Origin: Candidatus Thorarchaeota archaeon
GTDB lineage: Archaea > Asgardarchaeota > Thorarchaeia > Thorarchaeales > Thorarchaeaceae
Assembly: GCA_016839445.1 (NCBI GenBank)
Contig: JAEOUG010000025.1
Coordinates: 1-14,962 of the forward strand
DNA: 14,962 nucleotides
Direction: 5' to 3'
Both the position numbers and the translations under genes were made by a program. Below, in pieces: positions 8,097 to 14,962 of this stretch. Position 1 is the stretch's first letter; each line of letters begins with the position of its first letter. The notes beneath the pieces were generated by a model, which worked only from the letters and a program-made list of their open reading frames with translations, was not told the DNA's origin and ran no database searches.

Positions 8097-9281
8097 ATGA
8101 AGTTCCTCCTTACTGCAGAGGCCTTCCCGGAAGACAAGTACTACATGGAGCATTATCTATGCCAGGAGCTGGTTCGACTTGGCCACAAGACGTACGTACT
8201 CCATTTCGGCGACGTGCCTCGCCCGACCCTGGGAGTATCGGACACTGGAATCAATCGAATAGCAGTACCACCCTTCATTACGAGGTCCGGACTTGGTTCT
8301 CCGTATCCCCAATCCCTCAGGTGGATTGCTGATACCACAAAACGAATCGATCCGGATGTTACCTTCTGCCAGCCTTTGTTTTCTCCGCTCTCTGTTCTGG
8401 CAATAGCCTCTCAGACGTCCCGCCACCGAACTGTCGTTGGAGGCATCCTTACGGGAGGGCCTCTGGCAACCACACAAGGCGTATACAGCCGCGATTCACT
8501 CAGTTCGTTCTTCAGATACATGGTACCGAGAGTCGTTCTTGGGCTGTATGTCGAGAGACGTACTGAAGCTGTGTTTGCACTGAGCAAAGGTCTGGCCGGC
8601 ATCATCGAACGTTATTTCGGTGTACCGAGCTCGAAAATCAGGCTCATGCCATTGGGTGCAGACCCTCAGGTCTTCAAGCGTTCAGAAGAGGCCCGTCAGA
8701 GAGTGCGTAAGAATCTGGGCTTCAAACCGGAACACGTCGTTCTTGTCTACACTGGTAGGATCATTCCCTCGAAAGAGATTGAAATTCTGCTTGGAGCTGT
8801 CAATTCGATTGCGAGGAGTCACGCAAACCTACGCTTGCTCGTCGTCACTAATGATGATGGTCGGCTGGCGCATCTCATGAAGGGGCTATCGATTGGAGCG
8901 ATTACCGTGACCCATCCGCTCGTTCCTCAGGACGAGCTACCATCCATCTTCTCTGCTTCCGACATTGCAGTCTGGCCAGGAGGGCCTTCTATCTCAATTG
9001 CGGAGGCTGCCTCTACAGGACTTCCCATAGTAATCAAGAAGTCCCCCTTCACTTCCTACCTCCTATCGAACAGGAATGGCCTCGCATTTGATGGAGGGAG
9101 TGTTGCTGACCTTGCAGGGAAGCTCTCTCTACTCATTGAGGATCCAGCAATGCGCCGAGAGATGGCGGCTCGTTCCGCTAATCTAGTAGTGACTCGGTTG
9201 AATTGGAACTCAATCACACGGCGCTTCGTGGATGTCTGTCAGGAGCTTGTTGCGGCGAAAGCCAGTAGCAATGCCGTGTGA
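8097..9281 (+). CDS. Glycosyltransferase family 4 (GT-B fold), divergent
   Basis: Motifs LVRLGHKTYVL, MPLGADPQVF, VYTGRIIPSKEIEILL, SASDIAVWP, IAEAASTGLPIV and NGLAF. Start probably ATG 8097 (MKFLL) rather than TTG 8064. Confidence 0.88.
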   Translation: MKFLLTAEAFPEDKYYMEHYLCQELVRLGHKTYVLHFGDVPRPTLGVSDTGINRIAVPPFITRSGLGSPYPQSLRWIADTTKRIDPDVTFCQPLFSPLSVLAIASQTSRHRTVVGGILTGGPLATTQGVYSRDSLSSFFRYMVPRVVLGLYVERRTEAVFALSKGLAGIIERYFGVPSSKIRLMPLGADPQVFKRSEEARQRVRKNLGFKPEHVVLVYTGRIIPSKEIEILLGAVNSIARSHANLRLLVVTNDDGRLAHLMKGLSIGAITVTHPLVPQDELPSIFSASDIAVWPGGPSISIAEAASTGLPIVIKKSPFTSYLLSNRNGLAFDGGSVADLAGKLSLLIEDPAMRREMAARSANLVVTRLNWNSITRRFVDVCQELVAAKASSNAV

Positions 9282-9341
9282 CCGAAACGTAATTCAGGAA
9301 CTGCCCCTGCCGGTCAATCGAATACACTCGAGCTGTGAGAA

Positions 9342-10538
9342 TTGCGCGTCCTTATACTGACTCAGTACTTCCCTCCAGACATCGGGGGGAGCTGTCGGAG
9401 AGCTTACAACGCCGCAAAAGGTCTGACTCGACTAGGACACGAAGTTGAAGTTGTCACTGCAGTTCCCCACTATCCTCTTGGTGAAGTTCCCGTGTCATAT
9501 CGAAGGAAGCTCGTGACAGTCGAGAACGAAGGCGGGATTCGCGTCATCAGGGTATGCATGCCACCTATTCCACACCGTGGCTTCCATCGAAGACTTCTGA
9601 TGTATCTCTCATTCTGTGTGACGTCGCTGTTCGGACTACCACTTGTCAGGAAACCCGACGTCATATGGGTGGCGAGCCCAAGCGTCTTCAGCTCTTTTCC
9701 TGCAGCCGTTTATCGAGTTCTTAAACGAGCGCCACTAGTTCGAAACGTAGATGATCTCTGGCCCGAAACGGCATTGCAGCTCGGTGTTCTTAGCAGTAGA
9801 TTTCGCAAGGTTGGCGAATATCTAGCTAGATTGTCCTATATTATGGGCAATGCTCTCACACCCATAAGCAAGGCATACACTAGGACTCTTGTAGAGAAAT
9901 ACTCAATTAGACCTGAAGACATCAAGGTTGTCGAAGTTGGGGTCGACACCGGGCTCTTCAGGCCCGCAGGCCGAGTTGAGTCATCCCCCTTCTCGGTGGT
10001 CTACTCTGGTCTGCTAGGAGTGGCCTATGATTTCGACTGCCTTCTTGAAGCAGCTTCTGCCCTGAGAGAGGAAGAAGTAGATTTCCTCATTCGAGGAGTG
10101 GGAGAGATGGAAGGTTCTATCCGTAGAAGGATTTCGGAAGGCAGCCTCCACAACGTTACGGTTTCCACACAGTTTCTCCAGATCGAGGGCCTTGTATCCC
10201 TTCTCAACAGCGCGGGATCCCTGATATTGCCAATGAGTAAGAACGAATCACAGGACGCAGGAATCCCTACAAAGCTTCTTGAGTACATGTCTTGTGGACG
10301 GCCAATCCTTTGCGTGTCATCCGGCGCTTCTGCAGAGATAGTTAGAAACGCCGCATGTGGCGTGGTAGTGCCTCCTGGTGATTCCTCTGCTCTTGCTGAT
10401 GCAATTCGGACGCTGAGGGCCAGCGAGGAGAGGGAGCAAATGGGTATAAACGCAAGAGCTTATGCAGAAGCCAACTTCTCGCTTTGGAGCATTGCCAAGA
10501 AGCTCGAAGAGGCCTTCCACCACGCAGGAGCAAGCTAA
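9342..10538 (+). CDS. Glycosyltransferase family 4, WbuB/WcaI-like subfamily
   Basis: TTG start. Motifs RVLILTQYFPPDIGG, GHEVEVVTAVPHYP, VDDLWPE, VVYSGLLG and PTKLLEYMSCGRPI. Confidence 0.92.
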   Translation: MRVLILTQYFPPDIGGSCRRAYNAAKGLTRLGHEVEVVTAVPHYPLGEVPVSYRRKLVTVENEGGIRVIRVCMPPIPHRGFHRRLLMYLSFCVTSLFGLPLVRKPDVIWVASPSVFSSFPAAVYRVLKRAPLVRNVDDLWPETALQLGVLSSRFRKVGEYLARLSYIMGNALTPISKAYTRTLVEKYSIRPEDIKVVEVGVDTGLFRPAGRVESSPFSVVYSGLLGVAYDFDCLLEAASALREEEVDFLIRGVGEMEGSIRRRISEGSLHNVTVSTQFLQIEGLVSLLNSAGSLILPMSKNESQDAGIPTKLLEYMSCGRPILCVSSGASAEIVRNAACGVVVPPGDSSALADAIRTLRASEEREQMGINARAYAEANFSLWSIAKKLEEAFHHAGAS

Positions 10539-12241
10539 GTTCTCGATACAACGAACCTGTCGATTACCAGATTGTCGAGATCACTCCTTAGGAATGTCTG
10601 CAGGGCAATTTTCGGAGATCCAACAATTGGATATCCGTGTAGGTTGAACGATGTATTCAGGACCACGGGCACGCCTGTGTGTTCTGCGAACATGTGGATG
10701 ATAGCATGCCACTCGGGGTTTGATTGTGGCGTGACAGACTGAGGTCTGCCGGTCATGTCATAGGGGTGCAAAGCGGCAGGAATGTTCTTCCCCCTCTCCG
10801 TCGTAGGAAAGGCCTCAATCATGTATCTAGCAGGTCTTGGGTTATGGAAGTAGTCTTCCATGTTTGACTCCAGAATGGAGGGGGCAAAGGGCATCCAGAA
10901 ATCCCTCTGTTTGATAGCGAAGTTGAGTTTCCTGACGACTGCCATATCCCTCGGGTCTGCAATGATGCTCCTGTTCCCCAACGCTCTTGGGCCGAACTCC
11001 TCCCTTCCCGCGAATCTGGCAACAATCCTGCCATCCGCGACAAGAGCTGCAATCCGCTCATGAATGTCCTCAGCTTCCTCGAATCTCAGCCTGTCAGAGA
11101 ATGCTGAGAATGCGGATAGGAACTCCTCATCACTGAAGGCGCGTCCGAGGTACAGATGCTCCAGAGCATGCCTCTCCGGCCTCTTTCCATCTCTTGTTGA
11201 GATCTCGACGTACGTCATAATGGCCGCTCCAATTGGCGTGCCCATATCATCGCAGGCCGGATGGAAGAAGGAGTCCTCGACTTCCGGAAGGTCTCTGAGA
11301 ATGCTGTTTGTCTTGACGTTCAGGAAGCTCCCCCCTGCAGTGGCAATCCTAGAGATCCCTGTCTCTCGGATTGCGTTCTTTGCCCAGCGCACCACGAGTT
11401 CCTCGAATCTCTTCTGACATGCTGCCGCAAGGTTGTCAAAGCGAGTCCCTGCAAAGAGGCCTCTGAGTTTCCGTTGCGACGATTTTCCGTATGGCCCGAA
11501 GGTGTTCTTGAACCGTAGGGGGTGCCTCTTGTCTATCGCGCAGATTCGTCTCATCTCCTCTATACAGTACTCTGCTCGTCCGTATGGTGCCATTCCCATC
11601 AGTTTGTACTCATGTTCCCAGCGCTTCAGTCCGAGGAGACCGGTTATCTCACTATACATGTTGTTGCTTATGCTGTCATAGTATGTGCTCCAATCCACCC
11701 TTGTGATTGTGTTTCCTGCACCCACGTTCACTGTGGAGCTGACCCCATCGCCGGCGCCATCTAGGGTGAGCACGAGTGTATCATCGTCCCAGGGCCTTTG
11801 GAAGTAGGCGGTTGCAGCATGAGCCATGTGATGCTCGACGAATGCAACCTCAACATCTGCAATCCCCAAGCTCTCTAGCGTCGCGAGCACTTCCTTCATC
11901 TTTCTGAATCGGTGAAGGAACCTCACATAGAATCTCGCGAACCATCTTGAGTGCACGAACCTTGAAACTGAACGGAATAGCTTGACTCTCGGGCTATCTT
12001 CCTCTGCGAGCGGGGCAGTAGTTCTGACTAGGCCCACAATTGCCACTGCGCTAGTGCTCGACGGGTCTATACCTGAAATCCGGTAGGCTTCACGAATTGC
12101 GTTCGTCGGTGCGCCGCTGTAGTTCTTGATGTTCCTGATTCTCTCCTCGCTCACGGCTGCAACTACACGTCCGTTCCTCACCAGCGCGACTCCTGCACCG
12201 TGCCCGTCGTGCACTCCAAGAACTACGATATCATCCTGCAA
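10535..12241 (-). CDS. O-carbamoyltransferase, NodU/CmcH/TobZ family
   Basis: Motifs AAVSEER, VEHHMAHAATAY, LTLDGAGD, EYKLMGMAPYG, AGGSFLNVK, EFGPRALGNRSI, PFAPS and VLNTSFNLHGYPIV. Start placed at TTG 12241 because ATG 12274 lies only a few bases from the TATA-like box; 12274 remains the alternative. Confidence 0.95.
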   Translation of the reverse strand: MQDDIVVLGVHDGHGAGVALVRNGRVVAAVSEERIRNIKNYSGAPTNAIREAYRISGIDPSSTSAVAIVGLVRTTAPLAEEDSPRVKLFRSVSRFVHSRWFARFYVRFLHRFRKMKEVLATLESLGIADVEVAFVEHHMAHAATAYFQRPWDDDTLVLTLDGAGDGVSSTVNVGAGNTITRVDWSTYYDSISNNMYSEITGLLGLKRWEHEYKLMGMAPYGRAEYCIEEMRRICAIDKRHPLRFKNTFGPYGKSSQRKLRGLFAGTRFDNLAAACQKRFEELVVRWAKNAIRETGISRIATAGGSFLNVKTNSILRDLPEVEDSFFHPACDDMGTPIGAAIMTYVEISTRDGKRPERHALEHLYLGRAFSDEEFLSAFSAFSDRLRFEEAEDIHERIAALVADGRIVARFAGREEFGPRALGNRSIIADPRDMAVVRKLNFAIKQRDFWMPFAPSILESNMEDYFHNPRPARYMIEAFPTTERGKNIPAALHPYDMTGRPQSVTPQSNPEWHAIIHMFAEHTGVPVVLNTSFNLHGYPIVGSPKIALQTFLRSDLDNLVIDRFVVSRT

Positions 12242-12276
12242 GCAATCAGCTCGCCTCGAAGACCTGTAGAGCATAG

Positions 12277-12290
12277 AATAAGCCTTTCTC
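12277..12290 (-). promoter_or_regulatory. Putative BRE-TATA promoter of the carbamoyltransferase
   Basis: The minus strand reads GAGAAAGGCTTATT, about 35 bp upstream of TTG 12241. It mirrors the plus-strand element at 12310. Confidence 0.5.
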
Positions 12291-12309
12291 TATGAGTCCC
12301 CCATCATCT

Positions 12310-12320
12310 AAAGGCTTAAG
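12310..12320 (+). promoter_or_regulatory. Putative BRE-TATA promoter of gmd-fcl
   Basis: AAAGGCTTAAG lies about 50 bp upstream of ATG 12372. An SD-like GAGGA/GAGG follows at 12361-12371. Confidence 0.55.
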
Positions 12321-12371
12321 TCGGTCATACCCTCCTTCGCATCAGAACGCAATGCTCCCCGAGGATTGAGG

Positions 12372-13448
12372 ATGTCAGAGAGGGCTTTCATAACAGGGAT
12401 AACGGGACAAGACGGCTCATACCTGGCTGAATATCTTCTGTCCCACGGATACGAAGTACACGGGTTGATTCGCAAGGCAAGTACATTCAACACGGCGAGG
12501 ATTGACCATCTATATCAGGACCCTCATGAATCTGGAGCTCGTCTCTTTCTCCACTATGGGGATCTCACTGACTCCACATCCGTGGCGAGCCTACTGAGGC
12601 AGCTCGAACCCACACAGGTCTATAGCTTGGCGTCTCAGAGTCATGTTCGGGTCAGCTTCGAGATGCCAGTCTATACTGGCATTGTCACAGGTATTGGTAC
12701 TGCGGCAATTCTTGAAGCGCTAAGGAGGTCAGAGGTCGATGCTCGGTTCTACAACGCCTCATCTTCCGAGATATTCGGTCAGTCGAAGCCACCGCAGAAC
12801 GAAGAGACCCCCTTCAGGCCTAGAAGCCCGTATGCTGCGGCCAAGGTCTACTCCTACTGGATGACTGTAAACTACCGCGAGGCATATGGATTACATGCAA
12901 GCAATGGAGTCCTCTTCAATCACGAATCCCCACGTCGCGGTGAAACCTTCGTCACAAGGAAGATTACTCGCGCATTGGCCAAGATAAGATTAGGAACCCA
13001 GACGAAGGTGTTCCTAGGTAATCTCAAGGCCAAACGAGACTGGGGGTATGCTCCCGAATACGTCACTGCAATGGTCAAGATTCAGGAACACCCAGAGCCA
13101 GTTGATTTGGTTCTCGGTACAGGCACTAGCTACTCTGTTGAGGAGTTTCTCGATTTCACGTTTGGGTATCTTGGAATGGAGTGGAGGGAGTATGTAGAAA
13201 TCGACGCACGCTACATGAGACCTGCAGAAGTGGATCACCTCACCGCAGATGCCCGAAGGGCACGAGAGGCCATCGGCTGGGACCCGAAGATCAGAGCTCC
13301 TGAGCTGGCGAAGGTGATGGTGGATAACGACATGGCCGCTCTTGGCCTGGAACCACCTGGCGAGGGCTTCTCAGTCCTTCAGAGCAATGGCTTTGATTGG
13401 TTCAAAGAACCCTCTCTCAAACTCAGTGGCCGGGAGGCCAAGGGATGA
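12372..13448 (+). CDS. gmd: GDP-mannose 4,6-dehydratase
   Basis: Motifs [67 protein letters not shown] and RDWG. ATG 12372 preferred (TTG 12366 is in frame). Confidence 0.98.
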   Translation: MSERAFITGITGQDGSYLAEYLLSHGYEVHGLIRKASTFNTARIDHLYQDPHESGARLFLHYGDLTDSTSVASLLRQLEPTQVYSLASQSHVRVSFEMPVYTGIVTGIGTAAILEALRRSEVDARFYNASSSEIFGQSKPPQNEETPFRPRSPYAAAKVYSYWMTVNYREAYGLHASNGVLFNHESPRRGETFVTRKITRALAKIRLGTQTKVFLGNLKAKRDWGYAPEYVTAMVKIQEHPEPVDLVLGTGTSYSVEEFLDFTFGYLGMEWREYVEIDARYMRPAEVDHLTADARRAREAIGWDPKIRAPELAKVMVDNDMAALGLEPPGEGFSVLQSNGFDWFKEPSLKLSGREAKG

Positions 13449-14380
13449 AGAAGTCCGCTTCTGTGTTTGTTGCTGGACACACCGGACTCGTGGGCTCTGC
13501 GATTCTCAGGAAACTCCATTCCACAGGCCACACTAACATCATCACTCGTACACACTCAGAGCTTGATTTGGTCGACCAGAGGCAAGTCCGCTCGTTCTTC
13601 AACGAGCATAGACCGGAATATGTCTTCTTGGCTGCCGCTCGTGTAGGAGGCATCTTAGAGAACCAACGCTATCCTGCTGAGTTCCTGTATCAGAACCTAA
13701 TGATTGCGTCAAATGTGATCCATCAGAGCTATGTTTCCGGTGTCAGGAAGCTCCTCTATCTCGGGAGTTCTTGCATCTACCCCAGGCTATCTGAGCAACC
13801 CATGCGAGAGGAGTTTCTCCTTACGGGTGAATTGGAGCCCACAAACGAGCCCTATGCGATTTCGAAGATTGCAGGAATCAAGCTCTGCGACAGCTATCGC
13901 AGGCAGTATGGCTGTGACTTCGTTTCTGCAATGCCTTCAAACATCTATGGTCCACACGACAACTTCGATTACGAGAGTTCCCACGTGCTTGCAGCATTGA
14001 TACGCAAGGTGCATCAGGCTGTGACTCTGGGGAGCCCGTCAGTCAGAGTATGGGGCACGGGTACACCTCGTAGAGAGTTCCTGCATTCCGATGATCTTGC
14101 GGAAGCCCTCTTGCTCCTTATGGAGGTCTACTCCGATCTTGGGCCTATCAACATAGGAAGCGGTACTGACCTATCTATCAAGGACTTGGCTGAAGCCATA
14201 GGTCGTGTCATAGGCTTCGACGGCGAATATGAGTTTGACATATCAAAACCTGATGGTGCACCTCGCAAGCTTCTTGACATCTCACGAATCCGTGAACTGG
14301 GATGGCACCCCAGAATCTCACTTGAGGACGGGATAAAGTCCACATACTCCTGGTTCCTTAACCACTCCAGTGAGCTCTAG
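13445..14380 (+). CDS. fcl: GDP-L-fucose synthase (GDP-4-keto-6-deoxymannose 3,5-epimerase/4-reductase)
   Basis: Motifs [28 protein letters not shown] (catalytic Cys), [14 protein letters not shown] (catalytic His), [11 protein letters not shown] and KPDGAPRK. The ATG overlaps the gmd stop (ATGA 13445-13448). Confidence 0.97.
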   Translation: MKKSASVFVAGHTGLVGSAILRKLHSTGHTNIITRTHSELDLVDQRQVRSFFNEHRPEYVFLAAARVGGILENQRYPAEFLYQNLMIASNVIHQSYVSGVRKLLYLGSSCIYPRLSEQPMREEFLLTGELEPTNEPYAISKIAGIKLCDSYRRQYGCDFVSAMPSNIYGPHDNFDYESSHVLAALIRKVHQAVTLGSPSVRVWGTGTPRREFLHSDDLAEALLLLMEVYSDLGPINIGSGTDLSIKDLAEAIGRVIGFDGEYEFDISKPDGAPRKLLDISRIRELGWHPRISLEDGIKSTYSWFLNHSSEL

Positions 14381-14962
14381 TCCACCAAATCGTGGACATG
14401 GAACACCCCTACTACATTTGTCCGTCCTGGAATCATCTTCACACCTGAGGTGAACACGATGTCCTTGTCCTTGCTGATGTAGCCTCTCTCATAGACGGCC
14501 TTGGTTGTCGCTTGGACCAGCGCGTCGACATTCTCCATGTCCTGGTCCTGAGGTATTGGATGGACACCCCACAGGAGTCTGAGTTTCCTCGCCACCTTCA
14601 CATCCCCGGTGACACCAAAGATGGGGACTGGCGGCCTGAACTTCGAGACCCACCTGGCAGTGTAACCACTCCGTGTTGAGGTCACTATGGCTTCCACTTT
14701 GTCAGGAATCAGGTTCACGGCCTCATAGGTGAGGTTCCCGATGATCTCTACTATCATCCTCTTGGGTGATGTGACATCCAGCGGGTCCTGCTTGGGAAGT
14801 ATCTGCTCCGCCCTTCTGATGATCTTGTTCATCATGGTTACAGCTTCCACAGGGTACTCGCCGACGGCTGTTTCGCCACTGAGCATCACAGCATCGGCAC
14901 GATCTAGGACGGCGTGCGCTACATCGCTCACCTCGGCTCGAGTTGGCACGACCTCGCCCGTC
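14377..14962 (-). CDS. pyk: Pyruvate kinase, C-terminal part (5' end lies beyond the window)
   Basis: PTRAEVSDV...[43 protein letters not shown] and GRTN. The frame is open to the window end (..[10 protein letters not shown]). Confidence 0.96.
   Translation of the reverse strand, partial: TGEVVPTRAEVSDVAHAVLDRADAVMLSGETAVGEYPVEAVTMMNKIIRRAEQILPKQDPLDVTSPKRMIVEIIGNLTYEAVNLIPDKVEAIVTSTRSGYTARWVSKFRPPVPIFGVTGDVKVARKLRLLWGVHPIPQDQDMENVDALVQATTKAVYERGYISKDKDIVFTSGVKMIPGRTNVVGVFHVHDLVD

Noticed and set aside
13397-13444. Longer fcl start at 13397
   Set aside because: It lies inside gmd. The ATGA overlap at 13445 gives the canonical Fcl N-terminus.
10535-14380. Interpretation as a true Nod-factor or antibiotic biosynthetic cluster
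   Set aside because: No NodA/NodB/NodC/NodZ, PKS/NRPS or aminoglycoside core genes are present. The flippase and GT4s point to a surface glycan.
1-14962. CRISPR arrays, tRNA/rRNA genes, IS elements, frameshifted pseudogenes
   Set aside because: I saw no spaced direct repeats, RNA gene signatures or transposase/integrase motifs by eye. All main ORFs look intact and the intergenic gaps are short.

Overview
A densely packed surface-glycan biosynthesis locus, probably archaeal. That assignment is inferred from BRE/TATA-like promoter motifs, frequent TTG/GTG starts, mixed gene orientation and N-glycosylation sequons, and the lineage cannot be fixed from this window. Gene order: a possible HAD-hydrolase N-terminus running off the left edge (-), a DPM1-like GT2 (-), an FkbM-type methyltransferase (-), a GT4 (+), a 1122-aa multi-pass GT-C/ArnT-PMT-like protein (+), a Wzx-type flippase (+), two more GT4s (+), a NodU/CmcH-family O-carbamoyltransferase (-), gmd and fcl for GDP-L-fucose synthesis (+), and the 3' part of pyruvate kinase (-) at the right edge. 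Three points stand out. (1) The giant GT-C-like protein ends in two tandem ~130-aa domains that I cannot assign to a named family; they align without gaps at about 40% identity and are rich in sequons. (2) Carbamoyltransferase, FkbM methyltransferase and the GDP-fucose pathway occur together, suggesting a carbamoylated, O-methylated, fucosylated glycan. (3) A perfect 9-bp inverted repeat looks like back-to-back promoters between the carbamoyltransferase and gmd. I saw no RNA genes, CRISPR arrays or mobile elements.
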